A stretch of 64,000 nucleotides of DNA from Octopus bimaculoides. Taxonomy: Eukaryota. The stretch covers positions 147,299,838 through 147,363,837 of the forward strand of contig NC_068984.1 of the NCBI RefSeq assembly GCF_001194135.2. The letters are read 5' to 3'. The translations under genes and the position numbers were made by a program. Every line of letters begins with the position of its first letter. The first letter of the stretch is position 1. The notes beneath the pieces are model-generated. The model searched no databases and was not told the DNA's origin. It saw only the letters and a list, made by a program, of their open reading frames with translations. Below, piece by piece: positions 51,801 to 64,000 of the stretch.

Positions 51801-52811
51801 TCCGAGGAACATATTAGAAACGAACAGATTAGTGAAGATAAAAAGGCAAATAATCTTCGACGGTTGAATCATAATTACTGCAAGTTGTCTTAGCATCTTC
51901 TCGAAGCCCCTTGCTGATTTCGTCACTTATAGATTCCATATTTCTTTTCCTTCTCTCACCTTGTCCCACTTTTTCATTGCACAAAATACCATCATATTGA
52001 AACACTTCAATTTCTAATCCAATATGTCGGATATTTTTGCTTTAATTACTTTTACGTTTTAATAATATATATTTATTTTATTTTCATTTCCTATCGTCAC
52101 TTTTTGTTTTTTTCTTTTATCGTATCTTTTTTTTCCTCTCCTTCGAATGTCGGGTATATTCCTACAGCCGATGTATATGAGATAAGACGCAAAGTTGTTA
52201 TGAATAACTTGTGGCAGGCGCCCTTGAGACGGCAAAGCAGATTCGACACTTTTGCTTGGATACGATGTTATGCGAAAACTTCAATGATGTTATGCCATGC
52301 TATGGAATTCCAGTGTCGATGTCTACAGATGTTTAGGAGTGGCCTGCTTGTTTATTTAAAACTTTTACAGTTTTTCTTATAATTTATTTATTTGTTATAT
52401 TTATTTATTTATTTATTATGACGTGAGGCTATGGTTATGGTGTAATTGGAAATAAGGGATTTCAACTTCTGGAATATTCCAATTAGTGGCTTATTCAATA
52501 TAATTATTGACTTGATTTCCTTTCCTGTGGTGGTGGTGGTGGTGGGGATAAGACGTATCTACCTGGTAGTAAATGCCGGCACTTGATGAATTTTAAATGG
52601 AAGCTAATGATGCCTTCATCCCATCCATCATGCAACCCCTCATCACTGTCACTCAAAGCCTTTGACCAAAATTGGACACAGTATTCGTTGTCATGGATGA
52701 TTGGAATTATCCAACACTCCCGCCCTAAAACTGAATAATGACGCGGCATTTCCGGCATTGGGAGGGCCTGCATCTTTCTTCCTTCTTTCCATTTGGACTT
52801 ATCTGTTTTTC

Positions 52812-52850
52812 TTATTTCTGACGAAGTGCTAAGCATGAAACGTAAAGCAA
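52812..52850 (+). ncRNA. minimal type I hammerhead motif
   Basis: TTATTT-CTGACGA-A-GTGC TAA GCAT-GAAA-CG-TA-AAGCAA: intact core, 4-bp stem II, palindromic ACGT stem III, GUA site, stem I 5/6 pairs. Confidence 0.65.
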
Positions 52851-52999
52851 CAACTCTCTTCTTTCTCCGAGCGTATTTTTAATACATTGTTTGTGCAACA
52901 TACTCACGTTTGTTTGTTTTTTTTCTTTTTCTTTTTTCTCTGTTTTTTTTTTTTACTTGACTGTATATATATGTGCGTGTTTGTATATAAATGTGCGTG

Positions 53000-53210
53000 A
53001 CTGTATATATATGTGCGTGTTTGTATTTATTTTTATGGCCCTCCCCCACTACTGCTTGAAAGCCAGAGTTAGTTTGTTTAGGCTGACAGAAAAACAGATC
53101 GATAGAATGAGTGCCAGACTTCAAAAAATAATAAGTACTGAGGGCAATTCCTTCGACCAAAACCTTTCAACGCGTTGCTCCAGCATGACCACAGCCCATA
53201 AAAGGCATAA
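53000..53210 (+). mobile_element. SINE family A, 3' half (old)
   Basis: CCCCACTACTGCTTG...GATAGAATGAGTGCCAG...TTCGACCAAAACCTTTCAA...GCTCCAGCATGACCACAG. Confidence 0.7.
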
Positions 53211-53359
53211 GCATTTAAAGAACGCTAGGTGAGCACCAACAAACAGCCTTGTTCCTTGCTATGCATCATGGGAGAGCGAATGTCGTTGAGTCTCTCACTT
53301 TCCAGATCTTGATTCATGATTGGAAATTTTAGTGACTCAGATGGTGAAAGAAATTTGCA

Positions 53360-53410
53360 CCGTCCTCTCTGTTAATCCGTCCTCTTTGTTAATCTGTCCT
53401 CTCTGTTAAC
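53360..53410. repeat. 17-bp tandem repeat x3
   Basis: CCGTCCTCTCTGTTAAT / CCGTCCTCTTTGTTAAT / CTGTCCTCTCTGTTAAC. Confidence 0.9.
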
Positions 53411-53552
53411 CCAAGAGCTTACCACAAGGATTATCAATGCCATTAAATTATCGCTGTGAAAGGTAAGATGGTGATAATCTTAGCCAACACTGTTTTAAAC
53501 TACATTTGGTGCTTCTCGTACTTAATAAAAGGTTTCTTTCTCCCAACTATCC

Positions 53553-53594
<42 letters not shown>

Positions 53595-53922
53595 CAGACA
53601 GACAGATAGACATGCACACAGACAGACAGACAGACAGACAGAGTGAGAGAGAGAGAAACAACTGGATGTGAGGATTACCAATAGAATTAGCGCTGCTAGA
53701 CTTAAACACTCTGATGGGGACTCACTCCATTTTAAAGTTTGATGGTCGATCAATTTGTCCTGAATGATTTCATCCGCTCTTATACAAAGTTTTTTTTCCC
53801 AATTTTCTTACCTCCACGCATCAGAGTAAAATTATATCGAAGCAGGCAGCACTGGTTTACGTCTATAGCAGATCACTGCTGATGTGACTTGAAAGTATAT
53901 GTGTACACGTAAATGTCTGTTT

Positions 53923-53973
<51 letters not shown>

Positions 53974-54599
53974 NNNNNNNNNNNNNNNNNNNNNNNNNNN
54001 NNNNNNNNNNNNNNNNNNNNNNNNNNNNNNNNNNNNNNNNNNNNNNNNNNNNNNNNNNNNNNNNNNNNNNNNNNNNNNNNNNNNNNNNNNNNNNNNNNNN
54101 NNNNNNNNNNNNNNNNNNNNNNNNNNNNNNNNNNNNNNNNNNNNNNNNNNNNNNNNNNNNNNNNNNNNNNNNNNNNNNNNNNNNNNNNNNNNNNNNNNNN
54201 NNNNNNNNNNNNNNNNNNNNNNNNNNNNNNNNNNNNNNNNNNNNNNNNNNNNNNNNNNNNNNNNNNNNNNNNNNNNNNNNNNNNNNNNNNNNNNNNNNNN
54301 NNNNNNNNNNNNNNNNNNNNNNNNNNNNNNNNNNNNNNNNNNNNNNNNNNNNNNNNNNNNNNNNNNNNNNNNNNNNNNNNNNNNNNNNNNNNNNNNNNNN
54401 NNNNNNNNNNNNNNNNNNNNNNNNNNNNNNNNNNNNNNNNNNNNNNNNNNNNNNNNNNNNNNNNNNNNNNNNNNNNNNNNNNNNNNNNNNNNNNNNNNNN
54501 NNNNNNNNNNNNNNNNNNNNNNNNNNNNNNNNNNNNNNNNNNNNNNNNNNNNNNNNNNNNNNNNNNNNNNNNNNNNNNNNNNNNNATATATATATATAT

Positions 54600-54742
54600 A
54601 TACGATGGGCTTCTTTCAGTTTCCGTCTACCAAATTCACTCACAAGGCTTTGGTCGGCCCGAGGCTACAGTAGAAGACACTTGCTCAAGGTGTCACGCAG
54701 TGGGACTGAACCCGGAACCGTGTGGTTGGTAAGCAAGCTACT
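54600..54742 (-). mobile_element. SINE family A, 5' half (young) abutting (TA)n and a gap
   Basis: GGGCTTCTTTCAGTTTCCGTCTACCAAATTCACTCACAAGGCTTTGGTCGGCCCGAGGCTACAGTAGAAGACACTTGCTCAAGGTG...GGGACTGAACCCGGAACC. Confidence 0.9.
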
Positions 54743-54879
54743 TTATTTCATATAATATTTGCCATGAAGGCATTACAAAGAGGGGACGAACAAAGATAGA
54801 CAAACATAAAAAGGTGTAGTAGCTGTTATAACGTTTAAAAATTTATGATAAATTTCTGATGCGATTTAAAAATTACAAA

Positions 54880-56098
54880 TACAATTTACCGATTATATTT
54901 TACAAATTACGAATTACAAGTTGTTCATTACAAGTTACCTGTTACTCATTGCAATTTGCAATGACTTTTCTGAAGGAAAGGCATCCGACCACCAGGGTAG
55001 ACCCCTTGCTTTCTCTTTCCTTTTTTTTGGGGTCCTCCACTTACCTGGTGTCAAACACTCCCAGCTTCCTTGCCACAAGCTTCCATCTTTTCATGAATCT
55101 ATCTCGTGATCTTGCAACTGAGGTGATAACTAAAATTACTGTGGTGGTAACTAAAAAAGTTAACCAATCCCTGGCCGGATACAAAGGTACCCGTCACTAT
55201 GCCCTCACACGCGTCTTCCATACTGTTTCTTTCAGTATGGCTACTACGCAGAAAAAGCAAGCCTTCCTTTCCCTGTTAAGGGAAGGAAGCGGCACAATCT
55301 CGATGATAGACTCAGCCGATAGCTGTACTCTTCCCATCGATGACAACAGTTGCTCTGTGAAAACTATCAGTCCCGTTAATTCCGGACATTCCACAAATGC
55401 GTGCAAGACAGTTTCCCTGTCCTGCCCGCACCTCGGACATATCGGCGAGACGGTACTTCCGTGCCTTGACAGTTTATCACGAACAGGTAACGCTGCACAG
55501 AAGCACTGCCAAGCCAGGGATTTCTGGTAATTGTCCAGATACCCCGGCTCGAAAGTTCTGATCAGGTTGGTCAACTGATTTTCATCGTAGCCCAGGGTCT
55601 CCCCCAAGGCGTCTTCGGATATAAATCCCACTAACCCGCTATAAAAATCCGCGATGGAACTCCTATTGCCGGCATTGCCCGCCCGAGAGAGTAGCTGAAG
55701 TGCCTGGCGGCACTCCAATTGCCAGTCCCTCAGCCTAGGTCTCTGCTTGATCCATTTACCGATGTCCGTTAAGGACGTTAATTTCGGAAGGTAGAACCGG
55801 ACGTGCGGTGACCACACCTGCTCTCCATCCAAGTAAAGCCAGAGGTGCCTCAACCTTAACGCGAATTTTCGTATCCTCAGCCAAGGCATCCCTAGCCCAC
55901 CCTTTAGCGGTTTCTGGCAGCAGACAGAGTGCTTCACAAGTGGCTTTCCTCCCTTCGGCAAAAAGCGGAAAATGATTCTTTCCAACTTGTTCAGCCACAA
56001 ATCGGGGCAAGGCACCACGGTCAGACGGTAGGTGATAACCGATGCTATAAACATCTGCACCACCTCCGCCTTTCCTAGCAAGGATAACGCCCGCCCAG
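54880..56098 (-). mobile_element. Tx1/L1-group LINE, 5'-truncated, relatively intact ORF2 C-terminus
   Basis: Open 294-codon frame 56081-55197 with LSLLGKAEVV..FIASVITY, KGGLGMP, LPVRDKL, CPRCGQDRETVLHAFVEC (zf-RVT CCHC) and ETVWKTR. Degenerate TTGTAA-type tail at 54880-54950. Confidence 0.92.
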
Positions 56099-56107
56099 AA
56101 TTATAAT

Positions 56108-56470
56108 TCCCTAGAAACGGGAAACCTATAATATATTTCTGTTTTTTTTTTCTCTCCTCTTAATGAGGACACCAGTTCAAATCCCAACCCCCGTTGAGGG
56201 TGGGGTGTTGCAATAAAGCCTATAACGGCTGAAATTAAATTTTCACACAGAATAGAATATCCCTCAAAACGAGAAACCTATAATGTATTTTTTTTTTCCT
56301 CTTAATGAGGACAATAGTTCATAAATAAGGCCTACAACGACTGAAATTAAATTTTTCACACAGAATAAACCAAATATCCCGCAAAACGGGAAACCTATAA
56401 TGTTTTTTTTTCCTCCGCTGGGGGCGGGGTGCAACGCTAAAGCCTACAACGGTTTTAGCAAAGTTCAATT
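56108..56470. repeat. imperfect tandem repeat, 3 units (periods 152 and 117 bp)
   Basis: AAACG(G/A)GAAACCTATAAT at 56115, 56267 and 56384, with shared CCTCTTAATGAGGAC and AAGCCTA(T/C)AACG..TGAAATTAAATTTT blocks. Confidence 0.85.
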
Positions 56471-56573
56471 TTTCAACAATAACAACTGCCAAAAGTATTG
56501 AGTAATCCTTCAGTTCGATGTAAGATTGTTTTTATTATAACTTAACATTAAAACATACATTAATATGTATGTA

Positions 56574-56618
<45 letters not shown>

Positions 56619-57044
56619 NNNNNNNNNNNNNNNNNNNNNNNNNNNNNNNNNNNNNNNNNNNNNNNNNNNNNNNNNNNNNNNNNNNNNNACACACACACAC
56701 ACACACACACATATGCTTCTATATGTATTATTTTGAAATTTTTCTTTATTATCTAAGCTTCCTATTGACTACTTAAGAAACGTGCTGTAAAGAAATTACA
56801 ACGGGCCACCAATATAATTTCTCGCTCTTCAACGAAATTGTTAACATCTGACGGAACCAAAACAAAAACAAAAACCCAAAAACCAATTTAGGCCGCCTAA
56901 AAGAGAAGAAAAATAAGAGAATAAGTCTTAGTCTTTTGTTCTCTCTGTTTTTCCTTTTCTCTCTTAAAGGGGCAGCCACACAACTAAACACTTTCAAATG
57001 AAAAGCAGACTTATTTTTGGAATTAAAAGTTGTAATATATTTTA

Positions 57045-57250
57045 TCTTTTATTTTTTTCAGTCATTGGACTGTGGCCATGCTGGAGCACCGTTTTGAATG
57101 ATATTGTGGAATAAATCTATTACAGCATTTATTTTTACGTCTGGTGCTTATTCTATCGGTTTTATGCCGAATCGATGGATCATGGGAGTGTAAACAAACT
57201 AACACCAGCTGTTAAGCAGTAATAGGGGACAAATCCGAACGTAAAGGCGT
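57045..57250 (-). mobile_element. SINE family A, 3' half
   Basis: TTCAGTCATTGGACTGTGGCCATGCTGGAGCACCG...CTTATTCTATCGG...GTAAACAAACTAACACC...GGGGACAAA. Confidence 0.8.
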
Positions 57251-57378
57251 ACACACACATATATGTGTACATTTATATGTACATATAAACTATTATTATT
57301 ATTCTTATTATTATTATAATTATTATAATTATTATTATAATTATTATTATTATTATTATTATTATAATTATTATTTTA

Positions 57379-57414
<36 letters not shown>

Positions 57415-57570
57415 GCTAAGGCAACGAGCTGGCAGAATCATTAGCACGCTGGATGAAATGCTTAGTGGTATTTTGCCTGTCATTACGTTCTGAGTTCAAA
57501 TTCCGCCGAGGTCGACTTTGCCTTTTATGCTTTGGGATCAATAAATTAAGTACCAGTCAAACACTGGGGT

Positions 57571-57572
<2 letters not shown>
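57415..57572 (+). mobile_element. SINE family B directly after (ATT)n
   Basis: AAGGCAACGAGCTGGCAGAATCATTAGCACG...GTTCTGAGTTCAAATTCCGCCGAGGTCGACTTTGCC...ATAAATTAAGTACCAGTCAAACACTGGGGTC. Confidence 0.9.
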
Positions 57573-57632
<60 letters not shown>

Positions 57633-57684
57633 CACACATATATATATATACACACACATATATATATACACACATACATACATA

Positions 57685-58592
57685 TGTATATGTGTTCACA
57701 AAGTATCCAATTTTTTTTCCGCCAAAACTAATGCTGCATAGCCAAAATCCTTTGGATGGGAGGTGACACCGCCCTTCCTGGACATATTTGCTCATTTTCG
57801 TGCCGGTAGGCGGCGTCAGTCTCCGGCAGTTACGTCTAGAGTACACACGTGTAATGTGCACTCGTTGGATCTTCGTTTTCACGCAAGATGACCGAACGCA
57901 CTGAGCATCAGTTTTTGCCAATAGATTGGTAATACTCAAGCTGAAGCCAACCAGACGATTCAGCAGGCCTCTGGCGATGGTGCAATGGTCAAAACTCAGA
58001 TCAAGGAATGGTACAACCGCTTCAAGCATGACTGTATCTCAGTGGAGAGCGAGTCATGCTCAACAGGTCATCCAGAAGCCAAAACAAGGAGCCAATTGAG
58101 AAGGTTTGGCAAATAGTTATGGAATACCATCGTGTAACAATCCATGAAATTGTTCACAAAATAGAAATAAGCACAGGAGCAGTGCGTTCCATTTTGACGG
58201 TGGATTTGTGCATTGCGGCGAATGTCAGGGGAAATTAAAGTGAGAAATTTTTTGATGTCACTTCGTAAACCAAGTTTTCCTGGTCAAGAAAAACACACTA
58301 CTTGTTCGACAAGCTCCCTACTCACCCGACTCGGCACCGTGTGACTCCTGGTTTTCCTCCAAACTGAAAACTATGTTGAAAGGAAAGCGATTTCAGTCGC
58401 GAGAGGATATTATGAGAAAAGCGACGGCGGAGCTCCCTGTCATTCCAGAGAAGGCGTTCCAGAAGTGTTACCAGCCGTGGCAGATCGATGGGAGAAGGGG
58501 AATACTTTCAAGGTGACTAACATTTGTGTGAAACATACAATATTGATTTTTCTTATGCGCAAAGGACGGACACTTTTTGAACGCACGTCTTG
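57685..58592 (+). mobile_element. mariner element with both TIRs and an internal deletion of most of the catalytic domain
   Basis: Left TGTGTTCACAAAGTATCC and right GGACACTTTTTGAACGCAC form an imperfect inverted pair. Translation QIKEWYNRFK, RVTIHEI, QAPYSPDSAPCD..KLK..LKGKRF, GEYFQGD*. Confidence 0.88.
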
Positions 58593-58593
58593 T

Positions 58594-58637
<44 letters not shown>

Positions 58638-58924
58638 GCACATGACAGCAGTAAATAGACGCCCCATAAAACATCGTTTTATGTTTCTTCGAATTGTAGA
58701 GGTTTATCTTTTTTATAGATTGACACTTTTATGTTTCGGGCTCTATATGTGACTTTTTAATCATGTCATGTACAAAAGAAGCCTTGGAATTGTCTGAATT
58801 TCAAAGAGGCCGTATTGTGGGTCATTCTGAAGGTTGACATAGTCAGTGTAACATCACAGAAAACCTTGGCATCCCGCTTTCAAAAATTTATATGTGCTTC
58901 TATTAGGTCTACAGATGATAAGAT

Positions 58925-58970
58925 AGCTCACAGGGGATCCACAGGCAAAATAAGGTTGGAAACCCCTGCT
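58925..58970. mobile_element. possible hAT-type MITE right end
   Basis: GGTTGGAAACCCCTG resembles the reverse complement of CAGGGGTT(C/T)CCAACC-type hAT TIRs. Left end not found. Confidence 0.35.
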
Positions 58971-59197
58971 ATAAAGTATGCGCATATATTTAATTCTTGA
59001 CACAACCAGACAAACTGAAAGAATTGATTATACACATGTATATTATGTCAATAGATTGAAAAATAGATTGTTTTAGTAAAGAACAACTTGTATTAGTTTC
59101 TGCATACATGACAGGATATATAGTTTGTTTCCGTATATAACTTTTGAAAACAATTTTTACAGGCAATATATAAATAATAAAATTTAACGAGAATCTC

Positions 59198-59234
<37 letters not shown>

Positions 59235-60972
59235 CATGATCGGTTGCCCCAAGCCATAGCTTTATTTCAATGCTCAGTAATTGCTATCACTTTACAGATT
59301 TCAATATTTCTGACACAAGAAATTCAGTTTTCTTCTTCAGACTGGTGTCGAAAAATTGTTGCACTAAACAGTTTAAAATCAGATCGTTTGCAATTGTTTT
59401 TGCAGAGGTTGACTTTTAGAAACGTAAATTCATGTTTTGGGTGGTTTCAGGGTGTGAAGAGTGATTCAGTGCTGTAACACTGAAACTTTTAGGATCTTCT
59501 ATAAACTCTGCTCTATATTTGTGTTGGTGAATATGAGATGTTTGTATGACTCGGTGCATAACGACATCATAAACCTTGTTGACGAAGGCCAATATTACTC
59601 GTTAGTTCCGGAATGAGATTTTTAAGTTTAACCCTGAACCTGGCCAAACCTTTTCATAACTTTGCCCTGAATGTCCAATGCTTGTTTTCAGACTTTTAGT
59701 TAGTCTTTGTTTTATTCGTTCTGAATACTATAAAGATTCTTTTGTCATTAGTCCCGAATTACTCATGGTGCTTGTAAAATATTGGGAATGTGTATCATAT
59801 ATGATGTATGGCCCCCGGGAAAACATGTCCTGTGTGTCACATGTGAAAGATCATTTTATGCCCGGATACGCTTTGATTGCTCTGAAAGATGATATTTGTA
59901 CAGATGTCAGCAACTTCAAACGCATTCAATGTGTCCGTGTGTCTTCAAGTCAGCTGCAGTGAACGGTTAATAGACGACACGTGATATAACGTTTGTTTTC
60001 GAAACATGAACTAAATATGATTAAAGTAACATATTGAGATGAACCTCGTGCATTATAGCCGTAGCAAGACCTTCTCAGTGGCACAGACCCAAATCCCCGT
60101 GTTTTTATTTTTTTTCTTGAAAGATGATTAGTTATGTGTTGTAAACCACGGTTTGTGCATCTTGGCGTTTCATAGTTTTGCTGAGAGAGATATACCTCTG
60201 TTAATGCAATCACCATTTTACAGAGTGTTGGAGGCCAGATTTTCAAACAATAGAAACATATTATGGCCATTGGATACTGCTCCAAATTAAAAGAAAAAGA
60301 AGGAATATGGTTAATGTCCAATGTCTAAAAGCATTGAAATAAAATTCCATTGTTTGAAAGTTTCGCCTGTACACACCGTAACACCTAGTATAATGGTGTC
60401 TTTGTTGCATGTTCTGGCTAAATTTCCGTTCAACTACCCAGTATTTTTCTCCTTTGGTGCTAGGGTAAAACTGTATGATATTTTCTATTGTTTGTTAGTC
60501 TCTTAAGTATTATTGTAGTACTAATAAAGGATCCTGGCTCTTAAGAAACCAGTACTTAGCTTTGATTTCATTAAGCTATCGCAGATGACTGCCAACGAAT
60601 ACGATAGAGACTCTTAACAGAACACATTGATCTTGCTAGAAAGGCAACGAAATGCTCTCAGTCGACTTCATCTCACAACCTATAAGCAGGTAGTGTAACA
60701 TTATGCTTACTCAGTCATCTTACCTCTATAATATCTACCTGAATATAGACGACTGTTGCAGAGGTAATGCTATTAGAATAGACATTATTCACACAGCTGT
60801 CATTTGAATCTGACAACAGATATCTCGCCATTAGAGGTACAATAATTAAAACGGAACACACGTAATATTTAAGATAAAAGAATGCAAAATAAAGACTAAA
60901 CTTCTATGATTAAATGTGGGTGGATAAATGCATACGTACGCATATATATATAAATACATGCATGCACACACA

Positions 60973-61026
<54 letters not shown>

Positions 61027-61333
61027 ACATAATGCGCAAATTCTTTATCAGATTGACTTTTCGATAAAAGCCATTTCACATCAACGGAGATGAACGCGCA
61101 TGCGGTNNNNNNNNNNNNNNNNNNNNNNNNNNNNNNNNNNNNNNNNNNNNNNNNNNNNNNNNNNNNNNNNNNNNNNNNNNNNNNNNNNNNNNNNNNNNNN
61201 NNNNNNNNNNNNNNNNNNNNNNNNNNNNNNNNNNNNNNNNNNNNNNNNNNNNNNNNNNNNNNNNNNNNNNNNNNNNNNNNNNNNNNNNNNNNNNNNNNNN
61301 NNNNNNNNNNNNNNNNNNNNNNNNNNNNNNNNN

Positions 61334-61379
<46 letters not shown>

Positions 61380-61508
61380 ACACGAAATTAGTAGAAATGG
61401 AAAGAAAATGAGGAATGAACAAATTGCAAGTGATTAAAATTATTACACATACGCGCACGCACGCGCACAGAATTACAACGCGCGCGCGCCCACACACATG
61501 CTTGCGAG

Positions 61509-61552
<44 letters not shown>

Positions 61553-61666
61553 TGGATGGATGGATATGTGTGTGTGTATATGTATGCATATATATATGTG
61601 CATATATGTAAAAGGATATACAGATATGTGTATATAAAGATAGATAGTTAGATAGATACATACATG

Positions 61667-61702
<36 letters not shown>

Positions 61703-61999
61703 CATAAATGTGTGTGTGAGTGTGTATTGTATGTATGTGTGTATGTATATTATTCTTGAATAACATGGAATACTACCAATAGAAGTGCTCCATATTTAGA
61801 CGGTTGTGAAAATATTGATTTTTGTCTGAGAAGTTACAGACATTTAAGTAACAAACAATGTCTTTCAACACCAAGTCCGAAATATTCCCAAAGTCTCGTC
61901 ACCAAAGAATATTTCCTCTGAGAACATATCTAGCAGTTGAAAATCTCAAGTTAAACGAAATAAGCTCGTAAACAGCATATCTCAAGGATGAAAATTTCT

Positions 62000-62880
62000 T
62001 GGTCGTGGTTATAGACAAGGACTGAGTAGCCTTCCTTCCATAACATCATAGTTTACCAGTTGTCTTTCAGCCATTCTCTAAAAGCCTGACTAAGTGACTT
62101 GCTTTGACCAACAAGAAACATCTTTAGAGCTATGAGAACATAAAACTACCTGTTTTCGTTCTTGGATTTATGAACTCTAGGTAGTTAAACTCTCTAATTT
62201 CGTTCTCCGTTGAAATATTCCATGTTATTGGAGAACATCTGGATCGTTGATCTATGAGTCTAGAATAACTTCAGAGAGAGAAGTTAGAAATTTCTTTCTT
62301 CGTGACCTAAGCGATCAAAGATGTGGATCGTATGCATTATTCCTTTTTAAAACTGCCCATGGGCATCATGGGATCTTTCGATATACCACTCCTTTGGAAA
62401 GAAAGGATTTCTTGAGTGGTGAATTAATTCGGCAGTCGTTAACTGACTGGGTGTTGACTGTGTGGATGTATGTTTTTGATGATTGTGTGTGATCTGGGAA
62501 ACAATACTCTCCGAGCAAGAATAGCTGATTTTAACTTTGTGTGCATTGAAAAGATTATTGTTTCACTATGTATTGATGAGAAATATTGCTTACTAGAGAT
62601 AGGAAATTGCTGGCTATATTTGAGATAACGTTCGAGAATATTTTCTCGTTTTAATCGTTTCTAGTTGGCACCTCGCAATACCACAGGATATGGTCGAAAT
62701 TTGTTGTGGATGTATATAATTTACTCATTTAGTTTTTATATAAAATCATTCCTGGGAAATTGGTGCCAGAGGATATACTTAACTAAACTACTTAAATATA
62801 TCTATTTATACGTTTCTTTACCTGTTCTTGTTGTAGTCGTTCATATTGTTTGAGATTTCCAAATCACCATCTATATACAG
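62000..62880 (-). mobile_element. Penelope-like element remnant (RT/GIY-YIG linker region)
   Basis: Minus-strand NIASNFLSLVS, NNLFNAHKVKISYSCSESIVSQI (~62490-62560) and FLSKGVVYR (~62378-62410), paralleling 33506-33673. Confidence 0.75.
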
Positions 62881-63004
62881 TCGTGGAGTTATGTTGTAAA
62901 TTTGCTTCCTAAGTGAGCCGAGGATAAACAATCTGCTATCACAGTATTATCTTTTGATTAAAAAAACAGAAATCATCGTCTTCAATACTTCATTATTATA
63001 ATAA

Positions 63005-63228
63005 AAAGGTGGCGAGCTGGCAGAATGGTTAGCATGCCGAGCGAAATGCTTAGCGGCGTTTCGTCTGTCGCTACGTTCAAAGTTTAAATTTCATTGAGGT
63101 CAACTTTGCTTTTCATCCTTTCGGGGTCGATAAATTAAGTACCAGTCAAATACTGGGGTCAATGTGTCCGATTTCCCCACCTCCCTGAAAAAATCTAGGC
63201 CTTGTGCCTGTAGTAGAAACGATTATCA
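63005..63228 (+). mobile_element. SINE family B, full length
   Basis: AAGGTGGCGAGCTGGCAGAATGG (A-box)...CTTTCATCCTTTCGGGGTCGATAAATTAAGTACCAG...CCTTGTGCCTGTAGTAGAAACGATTAT. Confidence 0.9.
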
Positions 63229-63591
63229 CAGTATTAAGATTATTAATATATAGAAAGGCCAAAGTTTTCAGGAGGAAGAATAAAGAAATTAGGAGTTGAG
63301 AGGCCACAATATTAAATTTGGTAAATCTGTTGTCTGTTTTGCTTCCAATGCCGTAGAGCCACTTTGGTAACGGTGGCAGCGCAGTACGAAGTTCCAATAT
63401 CGTTTTAAGGGGATTGACATCGAGAATGCTCTGGATAACTATTCCATAATCGCCTTTTGCAGTGGAAAGGGATTACTTAGCTTACATTTTAGTAAAAAGA
63501 GGACGTAAGTCTTGGGATTCTTAAGAATATTGCAAAGAGGCAAATGTATTGAGAGCTGTTTTCTTTTGTTGCTCTCTCTCTCCCGTACGTG

Positions 63592-63654
<63 letters not shown>

Positions 63655-63664
63655 NNNNNNNNNN

Positions 63665-63737
<73 letters not shown>

Positions 63738-64000
63738 CATATACCTACATTTATAAATATCTATACATATGCATCATATACAAATATGTGTATATATATT
63801 TATATTTATATGTGTGTATCTGTGTGCTCGTGTTTGTGTATGCGTTTGTGTGTGTGTCGGTGTGTGTGTGTTTGTGTACAGAGGGTGTAACATTTTGTGG
63901 CATGAAGAGATCACATATATATATTCCTTTCAGATTAATGTTAAAAGGATAACATCTACATTATCTTCATTTACGAGTCTAATACCGGAAAACATAATTG

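Noticed and set aside
53810-53860. Possible 51-nt phase 1-1 exon on the minus strand (VNQCCLLRYNFTLMRG) with GTAAGA donor
   Set aside because: Weak acceptor, no homology, and no neighbouring exons identified.
55037-55052. ACTTACCTGG resembling the U1 snRNA 5' end
   Set aside because: No further U1 similarity. It is the reverse complement of a CAG/GTAAGT donor-like site inside the Tx1 3' region.
54859-55530. 223-aa plus-strand ORF
   Set aside because: Antisense shadow of the Tx1 element.
57415-57510. tRNA gene
   Set aside because: The A/B boxes belong to a SINE head; no cloverleaf, and the sequence continues into the SINE body.

Overview
AT-rich, microsatellite-saturated animal DNA from a short-read assembly, with 21 N-gaps (~7.4 kb) that are almost all flanked by simple repeats. 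The repeat complement suggests an octopus/coleoid cephalopod (inference). I cannot support any host protein-coding gene, tRNA, rRNA or CRISPR array, and nearly all ORFs in the supplied track are microsatellite, gap or low-complexity artefacts. The recognisable content is transposable-element debris: two tRNA-derived SINE families (about 25 copies or fragments), five R4/Dong-type REL-endonuclease LINE fragments, Tx1, CR1/L2-type and RTE LINE fragments, two decayed Penelope-like elements, mariner remnants, a 369-bp non-autonomous Helitron and a short interstitial TTAGGG tract. The most notable signal is RNA-level: five near-complete type I hammerhead ribozyme motifs and one half-motif in non-coding repeats. 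One lies in a 295-bp unit with ~60-bp terminal redundancy, resembling a retrozyme or Penelope pseudo-LTR. In addition, the SINE 3' tail matches the CR1/L2-type LINE 3' end, with a compensatory base-pair change in the terminal stem-loop.
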